Below, one piece after another: positions 29,345 through 41,713 of a stretch of DNA of 64,000 bases. The notes under the pieces were generated by a model. That model was not told where the DNA came from, did not search any database, and saw nothing but the letters and a program-made list of their open reading frames with translations. The DNA is taken from positions 4,277,125 through 4,341,124 of the forward strand of contig OZ220696.1 in NCBI GenBank assembly GCA_965116495.1, in the 5' to 3' direction. Both the position numbers and the translations under genes were made by a program. Each line of letters begins with the position of its first letter. The first letter of the stretch is position 1. This stretch comes from Gammaproteobacteria bacterium. GTDB lineage: Bacteria > Pseudomonadota > Gammaproteobacteria > Eutrophobiales > Eutrophobiaceae.

Positions 29345-30790
29345 ATGGAAAGTTCTCTGTGGAATCAGGACCTGGCCCCGACGGGAGCGCGGCAACGTAC
29401 CTGGAGTTGGGTCAATATCTCGGCGCTGTGGGTGGGTATGGTGATTTCCGTCCCCGCGTACCTGCTGGCCTCGGGCCTGATGCAGGAGGGCATGGCCTGG
29501 TGGCAGGCAGTCTTGACGATATTCCTGGGTAATCTCATCGTCATGATCCCGATGTTGCTGAACGGCCATGCCGGCGCCAGGTACGGGGTACCGTTTCCGG
29601 TGTTGCTGCGCGCGTCTTTTGGCGTCGCGGGAGCAAAGTTGCCGGCCCTGTTACGCGGACTGGTGGCCTGCGGCTGGTTCGGTATCCAGACCTGGGTGGG
29701 GGGCTTCGCCATCTACCAGATACTCAATGCCGTATCCGGCGATGCGTTTGTGGGCGCGGCCACCCCGTTTATTGACATCGACCTGGCCCAGTTGTCCTGT
29801 TTTCTGGCGTTCTGGCTGCTGCAACTTGTCTTCATTGAGAAAGGCACGGAGTCCATTCGCTGGCTGGAGACCCTGGCTGCGCCCTTTTTGTTGCTGGCCG
29901 CGCTGGCCCTGCTAGTCTGGGCGTATGCACGCGCCGGCAGTTTTGGCGATATATTGTCGGCGCCGTCGGCATTTGTGCACGGCGGGGAACGGGAAGGAGA
30001 ATTCTGGCGGGTGTTCTGGCCCGGCTTGACCGCGATGGTGGGTTTCTGGGCCACTATGTCGCTCAATATCCCGGATTTCACCCGCTATGCACGCAGCCAA
30101 CAGGACCAGTTACTCGGACAAGCGTTGGGTTTGCCCGTTCCCATGGCGCTACTGGCCCTGGTGAGCGTGTTCGTTACCTCCGCTACCGTTCTCATCTTCG
30201 GGGAGGCAATCTGGGATCCGATCGTTATCGCCGGACGCCTGGACGGGGCCGGAGTCATCCTGGGGTTGCTGGCATTGACGATCGCGACCTTGACCACCAA
30301 CCTGGCCGCGAACGTGGTCGCCCCTGCCAACGGTTTTTCCAACCTGGCGCCGGGCAGGATATCCTTCCGCCTGGGTGGCTATATCACCGCCGGGATTGGC
30401 ATTGCGATCATGCCCTGGAAACTGCTGGAATCCGCCGGGGCCTATTTGTTTGTCTGGCTCATCGGTTATTCGTCCCTGTTGGGCCCTATTGCCGGGATTA
30501 TGATCACAGATTATTTTTTCGTGAGAAAATGTCATCTGGATACTGCCGAGTTGTACCGGGAGCAGGGGGCGTATGCGTATACCCGGGGTTGGAATGTGTG
30601 CGCGCTGACAGCGCTGTGCCTGGGTATTGCGCCCAGCTTGCCGGGGTTTTTGCACGCGGTCGGTTTAACGGATGATTTGCCATCCTTTTTTACCGGCTTG
30701 TATGATCATGCCTGGTTTGTCGGCGCGTTGCTGGCCGGGGCCGTTTATTATGTATTGATGCAGTTTGGTTGCCAAAGGGGATGGGCTTAA
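29345..30790 (+). CDS. NCS1 family nucleobase:cation symporter
   Basis: N.DLAPT, WVGM..SVP.Y, YG.PFPV..R.SFG, CGWFGIQTW.GG, LNIPDFTRY, PWKL. Confidence 0.93.
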   Translation: MESSLWNQDLAPTGARQRTWSWVNISALWVGMVISVPAYLLASGLMQEGMAWWQAVLTIFLGNLIVMIPMLLNGHAGARYGVPFPVLLRASFGVAGAKLPALLRGLVACGWFGIQTWVGGFAIYQILNAVSGDAFVGAATPFIDIDLAQLSCFLAFWLLQLVFIEKGTESIRWLETLAAPFLLLAALALLVWAYARAGSFGDILSAPSAFVHGGEREGEFWRVFWPGLTAMVGFWATMSLNIPDFTRYARSQQDQLLGQALGLPVPMALLALVSVFVTSATVLIFGEAIWDPIVIAGRLDGAGVILGLLALTIATLTTNLAANVVAPANGFSNLAPGRISFRLGGYITAGIGIAIMPWKLLESAGAYLFVWLIGYSSLLGPIAGIMITDYFFVRKCHLDTAELYREQGAYAYTRGWNVCALTALCLGIAPSLPGFLHAVGLTDDLPSFFTGLYDHAWFVGALLAGAVYYVLMQFGCQRGWA

Positions 30791-30824
30791 GTCCGTCCTC
30801 CTGCAAATTAAGGGGACACGTCAA

Positions 30825-31829
30825 GTGGAATTTGGTATCTGTTTCAAGGGGAATGCCAGTCCGGAGCGGGCGCGCGACCTGGTGCGCCTGGCGGAGGACG
30901 GCGGATTTGGCTACTGCTGGTTTTATGACTCGCACATTCTCTGGCGCGATTGTTATGCCGCCATCGCCATGTGCATGGAGCAGACCAGCATCATGCGTTT
31001 CGGACCTTGCGTGACCAACCCGAATATCAGGGACTGGTCCGTGGCTGCCAGCATGTTTGCCAGCCTAGCCCTGCAGAGCGGCGGCAGGTTTGACATCGGC
31101 CTGGGGCGGGGTGACAGTTCCATGCGGGTCATGGGCAGGAAACCGGCCACTCTTGCCCGCCTGGTCGAATTCACGGAGACGGTAAAAGCCCTGGTCCGGG
31201 GTGAGAGCGTGACCTACCCGGAATGTCCCGAGCCGGTGCAGTTCAGTTGGAGCGCAGGGTATGAACTCCCGGTATGGGTCGCCGCGTACGGCCCCAAGGC
31301 GCTGGCCACCGCCGGCCGGCACGGTGACGGCGCCATCCTGCAGATCGCAGAGCCGGCGCTGGTGGCCTGGTTCGTGCAGCAGTGCCGCAACGCCGGTGAC
31401 GCAGCCGGACGGGATATGTCGGATTTCCGGGTTATGTCAGCCGCGCCCGCGTATTTCGGTTCCCGGGATGAATGTATTGAAGCAACCCGCTGGTTCCCGG
31501 CAATGGTCGGCAACCACGTCGCCGATATTGTCGAGAAATACGGCGCAGACACCACCGCAGTGCCGCAAAGTCTGACTGCCTACATTGAACAACGGCGCGG
31601 CTACGACTATAAAAAACACGGCCGCAACGACAACCCTTTTCTGGATTTCATAACGCCCGACATCGTCAGGAGCTTCTGCGTGCTGGGCTGCCCCGCCGAC
31701 CATATTGCCAAATTAAGAGAACTGCAACAGGCCGGGGTAACGCAGTTCAATATCTACCTGGACAACGGCAGGGAAGAGGAGATTATCGCCACCTATGCGG
31801 ATGCCGTTATCCCGGAGTTTGTGGATTAG
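30825..31829 (+). CDS. LLM-class, putatively F420-dependent oxidoreductase (TIGR03842-like)
   Basis: W.YDSH.LW, GPCVTNP, G.GRGDS, VAAYGPKAL, WF..MVGNHVAD.V; hydantoinase/NCS1 context. Confidence 0.8.
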   Translation: MEFGICFKGNASPERARDLVRLAEDGGFGYCWFYDSHILWRDCYAAIAMCMEQTSIMRFGPCVTNPNIRDWSVAASMFASLALQSGGRFDIGLGRGDSSMRVMGRKPATLARLVEFTETVKALVRGESVTYPECPEPVQFSWSAGYELPVWVAAYGPKALATAGRHGDGAILQIAEPALVAWFVQQCRNAGDAAGRDMSDFRVMSAAPAYFGSRDECIEATRWFPAMVGNHVADIVEKYGADTTAVPQSLTAYIEQRRGYDYKKHGRNDNPFLDFITPDIVRSFCVLGCPADHIAKLRELQQAGVTQFNIYLDNGREEEIIATYADAVIPEFVD

Positions 31830-31894
31830 CCGGAAAAATATATGTCGGAGTGCGCCCTCAGTGCCTCCATCCGTATAAATCCTGCGGTATCATT

Positions 31895-31929
31895 GTTGTA
31901 ATTCTTCCATGATATGGAAGAATTACAAC
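31895..31929. terminator. Perfect 16-bp inverted repeat between convergent genes (terminator or operator)
   Basis: GTTGTAATTCTTCCAT-GAT-ATGGAAGAATTACAAC. Confidence 0.5.
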
Positions 31930-32031
31930 GTAAAATATGCGTTACCGGATGACACTGGAACTGGAAATTCGAGGCAAATAAATCATTCTTGTCAATGTGG
32001 GCAAGCGTGAGCAGGGTTATTAACCAGTGTT

Positions 32032-33567
32032 TTAGCGATTACTCGGAAACGCAAACTGCGCTTGCTCCACGGAATCTGTCGGCCAGCGTTGGCTGATGGT
32101 TTTGCGGCGGGTGTAGAAGCGGACGGAGTCGGGGCCATAGGCGCTCAGGTCGCCGAACAGGGAGCGTTTCCAGCCGCCGAAGCTGTGGCTGGCGACCGGC
32201 ACCGGCAGGGGGACGTTGACGCCGACCATGCCGATGCGGACGTGGTCGGTGAAATAGCGGGCGCTGCCGCCGTCGCGGGTGAAGATGCAGGCGCCGTTGC
32301 CGTATTCGTGGTTGTCGATGAGTTGCATCGCTTCCTGTAGCGTACCTGCCCGTAATACGCATAGCACCGGGCCGAAGATTTCCTCTTGGTAGATGCGCAT
32401 GTCCGGCGTTACCCGGTCAAACAGGCAGCCGCCCAGGAAGTAGCCTTCCGCTTGATGGGGTATGTTCAGCCCACGCCCGTCCACTACCAGTTCTGCGCCT
32501 TCCTCTACCCCGGAATCGACGTAGCTGCGCACTTTTTCGCAATGGGGCTGGCTGATCAGCGGCCCCATTTCATTGTTGCTGTCAACACCGGGGCCAATCT
32601 TCAGGTCCGCCACGCGCCGGGACAGTTTTGCCACCACTGCATCGGCCACCGCGTCACCCACGCATACCACCGCGGAGATGGCCATGCAACGCTCGCCGCA
32701 GGAGCCGTAGGCGGCGCCCATCAACGCGTTCACGGCATTGTCAAGATCCGCGTCCGGCATCACTACCGCGTGATTCTTGGCGCCGCCCAGCGCTTGTACC
32801 CGTTTACCGTGAGTGGTGCCGGTCCGATACACGTATTCGGCCACGGGGGTGGAACCGACAAAGCTCACTGCCTGTACCGTGGAGTCGGTGAGCAGCGCGT
32901 CCACGGCTTCCTTGTCGCCGTGCACGACATTGAATACCCCATCCGGCAGGCCCGCTTCCTGCAGCAATTCAGCGATACGGGTGGGCGCGCTAGGGTCTTT
33001 TTCCGAAGGTTTCAGCACAAACGTATTGCCGCAGATGAGCGCCATGGGGTACATCCAGAGCGGCACCATGGCCGGGAAATTGAACGGCGTGATGCCGGCC
33101 ACCACGCCCAGGGCTTGAAATTCCGACCAACTGTCGATGCCGGGGCCGACGTCCCTGCTGTGCTCGCCCTTCAATAATTCCGGCGCGCCGCAGGCATACT
33201 CGACCACCTCCACGCCGCGCACAAACTCGCCGCGGGCGTCATCCAGCACCTTGCCGTGTTCCTCGGTCAGCAGGCTGACGATCTCATCGGCATGCTGCTC
33301 CAGTATTTCCTTGAAGCGGAACATGATGCGGGCGCGCTTCAGCGGCGTAGTACTGCGCCAGGTCGGCCAGGCCGCGGCAGCCGCGGCAACGGCCTGTTGC
33401 ACGGTTGCCTTGCTGGCCAGCGCCACCTGGCGTACTACTTGGCCGGTGGCAGGGTTGTACACGGCCTGGGTGCGTTCGTCACCCGGCGTTACCGGTTGGC
33501 CATTGATGAAATGGCCAACCGGGGACTCGCTTTCATTCAGGTTTTCTGCTGCTTGTATTGCGGTCAT
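32032..33567 (-). CDS. mmsA: CoA-acylating (methyl)malonate-semialdehyde dehydrogenase
   Basis: GITPFNFPAMVP.W, LKPSEKDP, FVGST, GGAKNH, GERCMA, EEIFGPV, VNVP.PVP. Confidence 0.93.
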   Translation of the reverse strand: MTAIQAAENLNESESPVGHFINGQPVTPGDERTQAVYNPATGQVVRQVALASKATVQQAVAAAAAAWPTWRSTTPLKRARIMFRFKEILEQHADEIVSLLTEEHGKVLDDARGEFVRGVEVVEYACGAPELLKGEHSRDVGPGIDSWSEFQALGVVAGITPFNFPAMVPLWMYPMALICGNTFVLKPSEKDPSAPTRIAELLQEAGLPDGVFNVVHGDKEAVDALLTDSTVQAVSFVGSTPVAEYVYRTGTTHGKRVQALGGAKNHAVVMPDADLDNAVNALMGAAYGSCGERCMAISAVVCVGDAVADAVVAKLSRRVADLKIGPGVDSNNEMGPLISQPHCEKVRSYVDSGVEEGAELVVDGRGLNIPHQAEGYFLGGCLFDRVTPDMRIYQEEIFGPVLCVLRAGTLQEAMQLIDNHEYGNGACIFTRDGGSARYFTDHVRIGMVGVNVPLPVPVASHSFGGWKRSLFGDLSAYGPDSVRFYTRRKTISQRWPTDSVEQAQFAFPSNR

Positions 33568-33696
33568 GGTTCACTCGGTTCTCGCTTGTAGTCATTCGCT
33601 CTTGTATTGTCTGGCAACACTTACCATTCCCGCAACGCTTGTCCCCGTATGGAGTTGAGCGGGGGTGGAAATGGTACATCTCTCATACCATTCCCG

Positions 33697-36082
<2,386 letters not shown>

Positions 36083-36172
36083 AAATCGTCTTTCACGAGT
36101 GACACGAAGGTTCAACAAAGGTAAATTGTAAACAGCAGTTCCCGCTAACGCCAGTTGGATAGCTGGGGAGCT

Positions 36173-36242
36173 GGGGTCAGAGTAAAAATTGGCCGACAGG
36201 TACACGTTAACCCTGGATCGCTGGGATTTTTACTCTGACCCC
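36173..36242. repeat. REP-like inverted repeat, family B (GGGGTCAGAGTAAA...TTTACTCTGACCCC)
   Basis: Inverted arms seen; a lone arm at about 44390-44404. Confidence 0.75.
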
Positions 36243-36300
36243 GGCATTTAGCGGGAATTACTGCATTATAAAAATAAACTTTATTTCTGGCAAGAATTAT

Positions 36301-36316
36301 TTTATCCTTTGGTCAA
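36301..36316. promoter_or_regulatory. Candidate RutR box in the divergent promoter region
   Basis: TTTATCCTTTGGTCAA; right half matches TGGTCAA exactly. Confidence 0.6.
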
Positions 36317-36342
36317 ATATTTTTGGTTGGTTTTTATTACAA

Positions 36343-37017
36343 GTGAAACTTGAGTCGAACTCGTCCTTGTTGGCAGAGGTGGCTCCGTCCGGGCAAAAGC
36401 GGAGCAGGAAAGAGAGCCGAATCCAGGCCCGCAACAGGGAAAAAATCCTGTCTGCGGGGACGGAGATTTTCTCCTTGTACGGTTTTCGCGGGGCTACCCT
36501 GGACCAGATCGCAGCGCGGGCGCAGATGTCCAAACCGAACCTGCTGTATTATTTTTCCTCCAAGGAAGAGCTCTACCTGGCGGTATTGAGTGATATCCTG
36601 GAGATCTGGTTACAACCCCTGAAGGAGTTGGATGAGAAGCAATCGCCGGAACACGAAATCGGCGCCTATATCGACCAGAAGATTGAATTCTCCCGGCTCT
36701 ACCCCATGGCCTCGCGGGTATTCGCCAATGAGATCGCCGCCGGCGCGCCCATCCTCAAGCCGGTGCTGGATACTTACTTGCGTGGCGTGGTAAAGAAAAA
36801 GGCCAGGGTGATACGGAAGTGGATCAAACGCGGGGAAATGGCCGATGTTGATCCCTATCACCTGATCATGATGATCTGGGCAGTGACCCAGCATTATGCC
36901 GACTTCGCCGTGCAGGTGGACTCCGTGCTGGGGAGAAACCTGGATGAGCAACGTTTTTACAACCAGACCCGGAAGAACATCAAGCGGATTATTATGAAGG
37001 GGATACTGGGGAATTAG
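36343..37017 (+). CDS. rutR: TetR family regulator RutR
   Basis: SRIQ..N...IL, G..GAT.DQIA....MSKPNLLYYF.SK, SR.FANE, IWA.TQHYADF..Q. Confidence 0.88.
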   Translation: MKLESNSSLLAEVAPSGQKRSRKESRIQARNREKILSAGTEIFSLYGFRGATLDQIAARAQMSKPNLLYYFSSKEELYLAVLSDILEIWLQPLKELDEKQSPEHEIGAYIDQKIEFSRLYPMASRVFANEIAAGAPILKPVLDTYLRGVVKKKARVIRKWIKRGEMADVDPYHLIMMIWAVTQHYADFAVQVDSVLGRNLDEQRFYNQTRKNIKRIIMKGILGN

Positions 37018-37093
37018 GAATTACGAATTAGGAATTAGGAATTACGAATTAGGAATTAGGAATTACGAATTAGGAATGGGAATTGGGAATTAG
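37011..37093 (+). repeat. Tandem heptamer array (GAATTAG/GAATTAC), about 11-12 units
   Basis: gaattag gaattac gaattag gaattag gaattac ... degenerating to gaatgg gaattgg. Confidence 0.9.
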
Positions 37094-37103
37094 TCTTTCT
37101 CAG

Positions 37104-38294
37104 GTGAATAAGCGCAGGATTACCCTCACCAGTTTCCTGGCTTATTTCGTCATGTCTGCGGTCATCTCGCCGCTGGGCATTGTCAGTGCGCCGATTGCGG
37201 GGCATTATGATATTCCGGTCACCACGGCGACTGCCGGGTTCAGTTATCTTACCGCGGGGATACTGGTGGGTACCCTGGTTTCGCTGGTTATTTTCGACCT
37301 GTTCAGGCTCAAGCATATTGTGCTGAGTTGCTCAGTGCTGACCTGTGTGTCCCTGGCCTGTATTTACCTCGTCGATAGCTACCTGTTGTTCCCCGTCTGG
37401 CTGTTCCTGGTCGGTCTGGCCTGTGGCGTGAACCTGACGGCCGCGATCATTGTCATCACCAATATCTATGACACCCGGTTGCGCGCCTCCGTGATGCTCC
37501 TGACTGATTCGTTCTACAGTATGGCAGGCGTGCTCAGCACCTGGCTGGCGGCCCGGTTCATCCTGCACCAGTTGCATTGGGGCAGCGCCTACCTGCTGGC
37601 GTTTCTGGTGTCACTGGTTATCATCTGTATTGCCTGGTTTTCCAGCTTTCCGTCCACGTCCCGGCGGGAAGTCCCTCGCACCGACAACAGCACAGGCAAA
37701 TTCTGGCCTGTTGAAATATTCCTGGTAGGCGCCGCCATCCTGGTCTACCTGACCGGTTTTGTCACCATCTATTCCTGGATCCCCAATTACACGCAGGCGC
37801 GTTTCAACCTGGATGCCGAGGTCGCGGGCGGCCTGGTCAGCCGCTTGTTCCTGGGTATGTTTATCGGCCAGTTGGTGATGTTCTGCCTGGCCCTCAAGCT
37901 GGCGCCGGCCCGGATTATCTTTGTCGCCGGGGTGCTGGCTACGCTGCTGAGCTTCAGTTTATGGAGCGCCGATAGCGCCTCTCACCTGAGTATCAGCATA
38001 GTTATCCTGGGGTTGGTGACCGGCGGCTTGCTGAAACTGATCATTGCCTTCGGCACCATATTGATAGCGTTGCCCAGTCCCAGGATGATCAGCTTCCTGA
38101 TCTTCAATTCAGCCCTGGGCACTGCGCTGGCGCCGGCCCTGAGCGCCATTATCGTGGAGCAATACGACATGGTTGCCGCGCTGCGTTTTACCAGTTTATG
38201 CTATTGCGTGATGATTGCCCTGCTGGCGCTGGCGTATGTTCTGCAAAAACGGACAACGGCAAGCAGGGGAGTGGCCAATGAACCTGTCATTTGA
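37104..38294 (+). CDS. MFS transporter, TsgA-like
   Basis: About 12 hydrophobic segments; LT..SFL.YF, R.S..L.TDSF.SMAG; GTG start inferred. Confidence 0.75.
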   Translation: MNKRRITLTSFLAYFVMSAVISPLGIVSAPIAGHYDIPVTTATAGFSYLTAGILVGTLVSLVIFDLFRLKHIVLSCSVLTCVSLACIYLVDSYLLFPVWLFLVGLACGVNLTAAIIVITNIYDTRLRASVMLLTDSFYSMAGVLSTWLAARFILHQLHWGSAYLLAFLVSLVIICIAWFSSFPSTSRREVPRTDNSTGKFWPVEIFLVGAAILVYLTGFVTIYSWIPNYTQARFNLDAEVAGGLVSRLFLGMFIGQLVMFCLALKLAPARIIFVAGVLATLLSFSLWSADSASHLSISIVILGLVTGGLLKLIIAFGTILIALPSPRMISFLIFNSALGTALAPALSAIIVEQYDMVAALRFTSLCYCVMIALLALAYVLQKRTTASRGVANEPVI

Positions 38295-39528
38295 ACCCTA
38301 TTCTGCGGCATTTGCGCGCGACCCGTATCGGGTCTATGCCCGCTTGCGGGAAGAAAGCTCATTGTATTACCACGTAGCATGGGACACCTGGCTGCTGTCC
38401 CGGTACGAGGACATCAAGACGCTGGTGATGGATGCGCGCCTGGGCCGCACCATGGACCACGTGCTGACGCCGGAAGAAGTCAGTGCGTATCGTGCAAAAC
38501 TGGCGTGGGACGCAGCGCCCAACCACAGTCGTTACGTGAAGGTTTCCATCATCGACAGCGAGGGTGATCTTCACGACCGGTTAAGGAAGGCGGTATTCAG
38601 GTTGTTCACCCCCGCGCGCACCAATGATCTGCGCGGGTTTATCCAGGGGGTGATCGACCGTCAGATCGACGCGCTGGCGTCTCTGGAAGAGTTCGATTTC
38701 ATTGAAGACCTGGTGGCGCCGGTGCCGGGGTTTGTCATCGGGGAGATGCTGGGTGTGCCGGAGCGGGACCGGTCGCAACTGCGCACCTGGTCGGAAAACA
38801 TCGTGCAGTTCTTCGAGCCGGAACGCACTGCCGTGCACCGGCAACTGGCCGAGCAGGCCACGCTGGAGTTTGCCGCCTACCTGGAGACCCTGGTTGAGCA
38901 ACGCCGTGAACAACCCGGCTCCGACCTGCTCTCCGAGATGCTCGCATGGCAGGATGGCGGCGTCCGCCTCAGCCACGATGAGTTGTTATCAACCGCCATG
39001 ACCATTCTCATGGCCGGGCACGGTTCCACCATCGACGCCGCCGGCAATGGTATGCTGGCCCTGCTGCAACACCCTGAGCAGTCCGCCGCGCTGCAAGCCG
39101 ACCCGGGACTGATCCGCACCGCGGTGCAGGAAATGTTCCGTTTTGAGGCGCCGTTGCCGTATTTCCATCGCTATGCCCTGCAGGATATGACCTACGGGGG
39201 ACACACCTTTCACAAGGGCGCGAAGTTCGGGTTCCTGTATGCCTCCGGCAGCCGGGATGGGGCGTGTCTTCCCGCGCCGGATACGTTCGACATCCGCCGC
39301 GACCCCAACCGTCACCTGGCCTTCGGCGGCGGCGTGCACCATTGCCTGGGCAACCACCTGGCGCGGCTGAATATGGAGATCATGTTCAACACCATAGCGC
39401 GGCGCCTGCCGGGTTTGCGGTTGGCAACGGCGCCGGATGCACTGGAATGGAAGCGCGGGATACAGAGTCGCGGTCTGGCGAAGTTGCCGGTGCTACTGCG
39501 CCCGCAACATATGCGGTTTCACCAGTAA
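38278..39528 (+). CDS. Cytochrome P450
   Basis: H.RLRK, AGH.ST (I helix), E.FR, HLAFGGGVH.CLG heme motif. Confidence 0.93.
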   Translation: MNLSFEPYSAAFARDPYRVYARLREESSLYYHVAWDTWLLSRYEDIKTLVMDARLGRTMDHVLTPEEVSAYRAKLAWDAAPNHSRYVKVSIIDSEGDLHDRLRKAVFRLFTPARTNDLRGFIQGVIDRQIDALASLEEFDFIEDLVAPVPGFVIGEMLGVPERDRSQLRTWSENIVQFFEPERTAVHRQLAEQATLEFAAYLETLVEQRREQPGSDLLSEMLAWQDGGVRLSHDELLSTAMTILMAGHGSTIDAAGNGMLALLQHPEQSAALQADPGLIRTAVQEMFRFEAPLPYFHRYALQDMTYGGHTFHKGAKFGFLYASGSRDGACLPAPDTFDIRRDPNRHLAFGGGVHHCLGNHLARLNMEIMFNTIARRLPGLRLATAPDALEWKRGIQSRGLAKLPVLLRPQHMRFHQ

Positions 39529-40974
39529 CCGCTCCAGTAGTTCGAACAGCAACTCCACCAGTATGGCCAGGCCCGCGGCGGGGAGCGCGCCTTGCAGGAT
39601 CAGGCCGGTGTCGTTCAGCGCCAGACCGGTGACGATGGGTTCGCCGAGGCCGCCGGCGCCGATGAACGCGGCCAGCGTGGCGGTGCCGATGCTGATCACG
39701 GCCGCGGTGCGGATACCGGCGAGGATATTCGGCAGGGCCATGGGCACCAGTACGTGGCGTAACTGTTGCCGGCGGGTCAGGCCGATGGCCGCGGCCACCC
39801 GCTTCAACAGCGGATCAATCGTCACCAGAGCGGTAACGGTGTTGCGCAGTATCGGTAACAGTGAATACAGGAACAGAGCGATGATCGCCGGTTTCTCACC
39901 GATGCCGAACAGCGGGATCATCAGCGCCAACAAGGCGATGGAAGGTATTGTCTGCAACAGGCCGGCCAGGTACACGGTGACGTTTGCCAGGGTGCGCGCC
40001 CGGAACACTACGATGCCTAAGGGCAACCCGACCAGACAGCCCAGTAAGAGAGCAATAGCCGTGAGTTTGAGATGGGTGAGGGTATTGCCCAGGATGGTCG
40101 CGGCAAGCGAGGCTTCAACCCGCGCCTCACCCAGGCCCTCTCCCCGCAAGAACCCGCTCGCGACTTCGGCGAAGCTGGCGCCGTCGATGGTCGTCATCCG
40201 GTTCAATTCCTGCATGCGCCGGTCGTCAAGACTGCCCGCCAGCCGTCCCAGGGCCGTTTTGGCCTTGTCCGGCAGGTCCGTGCGCACGAACGGCACGGCC
40301 AGGTAGCGCGGAAAAAACCCGCGGTCATCGTCCAGTACGGCCAGGTTATAGCGGGCCAGTTCCCCGTCGGTGGAATAGGCATCGGTAATGTCGATGGAAC
40401 CATCAACCAGGGCCTGGTACGCCAGTCCGTGTTCAATGCCGGTGGGTTTGATGGTGAGGTTGTAAGCGCCGGCCAGGCCAGGCCAGCCGTCCTCCCGGTT
40501 CATGAATTCCATGGAAAAGGCCGGCGCCAATTGCGGGTGTTGTACCAGGTCGGAGATACGTACAATCCCTTTCTCCGTCGCCATTCCCTGCCTCATCGCC
40601 AGGGCGTAAGTGTTGTTGAACCCCAGCGGCGCCAGCGCCTGCAAGCCTAGTGTTGCGACGGCCGCATTCAGTTGCGCCAGGTCCGGCGCCGGGCCGTCCA
40701 GTTTCAGGATGGCCTGCGCCAGGGTCCCGGTATATTCCGCGTACACATCAATTTCACCGTTCACCAGCGCCTGGTAGCAGACCAGGGTGCCACCCAGCCC
40801 GAATTTCCGTTCGACGGCAAACCCTTCCCGTTCCAGCGTCTGGGCGATGATCTCCCCCAGCAGGTAGCCTTCATTGAAATTCTTGCTGCCCACGGTAATG
40901 CGTTCCTGCGGCCAGGCAACCCCGGTCAGGCACAGCAGGAGCAGCAACAGGCAGAGGCGGCGCAGTTCAGGCAT
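39493..40974 (-). CDS. Osmoprotectant (glycine betaine-type) ABC transporter, fused substrate-binding plus permease
   Basis: VGSKNF.E, EYTGT, GFNNTY, YSTDG, FP.Y; permease QTIPSIAL, IGAGGLG. Confidence 0.88.
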   Translation of the reverse strand: MPELRRLCLLLLLLCLTGVAWPQERITVGSKNFNEGYLLGEIIAQTLEREGFAVERKFGLGGTLVCYQALVNGEIDVYAEYTGTLAQAILKLDGPAPDLAQLNAAVATLGLQALAPLGFNNTYALAMRQGMATEKGIVRISDLVQHPQLAPAFSMEFMNREDGWPGLAGAYNLTIKPTGIEHGLAYQALVDGSIDITDAYSTDGELARYNLAVLDDDRGFFPRYLAVPFVRTDLPDKAKTALGRLAGSLDDRRMQELNRMTTIDGASFAEVASGFLRGEGLGEARVEASLAATILGNTLTHLKLTAIALLLGCLVGLPLGIVVFRARTLANVTVYLAGLLQTIPSIALLALMIPLFGIGEKPAIIALFLYSLLPILRNTVTALVTIDPLLKRVAAAIGLTRRQQLRHVLVPMALPNILAGIRTAAVISIGTATLAAFIGAGGLGEPIVTGLALNDTGLILQGALPAAGLAILVELLFELLERLLVKPHMLRAQ

Positions 40975-41713
40975 CACCCGTCTCCATATTGGCCAACAAT
41001 CCGCTTACATAGTCATCAGCCGGGTCTGCAACGATGTCCTCCGGGCTGCCTTGCCGTATGACCCGGCCCTGCTTCAGAATCACCAGATATTCGGCGAGTC
41101 GGGCCGCCTCACTCGCATCATGGGTCACCAACAGCACGGCGCGGTCTCCCGCTTGCTTCAGTTGCAATATCTCCTCGTAAATGGACTCCCGGGTAATGGC
41201 GTCCAGCGCCGAGAACGGTTCATCCAGCAGCAACAGCGGCGGGTCCAGCATCATTGCCCGGCATAGCCCCACCCGCTGCGCCTGGCCGCCGGACAGGCTG
41301 TGCGGGTAGCGGGCGGATAATTCATCGGACAGCCTGAACAGGCCCAGCAGTTCGTTATAGCGTTGCGTTATCCGTCCCGGTGACCAGCCCTCCAGCCTGG
41401 CCACCAAGGTGACGTTGTCACGAATGCTGAGATGGGGAAACAGCCCCGCGCCTTGCACTGCATAACCCATGCTGCGGCGCAGGGCGGGTAGCCGTGTGTA
41501 ATCCAGCGCTGCGCCAAACACACGTACCGTGCCGCGCTCCGGTCGGATCAACCCGTTGATGAGTTGCAGCAGGGTGGACTTGCCGCTGCCGCTCTCACCC
41601 ACGATAGCCGTGGTTTTGTTTACCGGCAGCGCCAGCGTCAGGCCATGGATGACCGGTTTGTCGTTGTAAGACTTGCTTATCTGGTCAAATTCAACAGCGT
41701 ACAGCAGCGACAT
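40967..41713 (-). CDS. ABC transporter ATP-binding protein (OpuA/ProV-like)
   Basis: GESGSGKS, LSGGQ.QRV, LLDEPF.ALD, VTHD. Confidence 0.92.
   Translation of the reverse strand: MSLLYAVEFDQISKSYNDKPVIHGLTLALPVNKTTAIVGESGSGKSTLLQLINGLIRPERGTVRVFGAALDYTRLPALRRSMGYAVQGAGLFPHLSIRDNVTLVARLEGWSPGRITQRYNELLGLFRLSDELSARYPHSLSGGQAQRVGLCRAMMLDPPLLLLDEPFSALDAITRESIYEEILQLKQAGDRAVLLVTHDASEAARLAEYLVILKQGRVIRQGSPEDIVADPADDYVSGLLANMETGDA

Noticed and set aside
37011-37093. Heptamer array as a CRISPR array
   Set aside because: 7-bp tandem units with no spacers; no repeat-spacer array was seen anywhere in the window.
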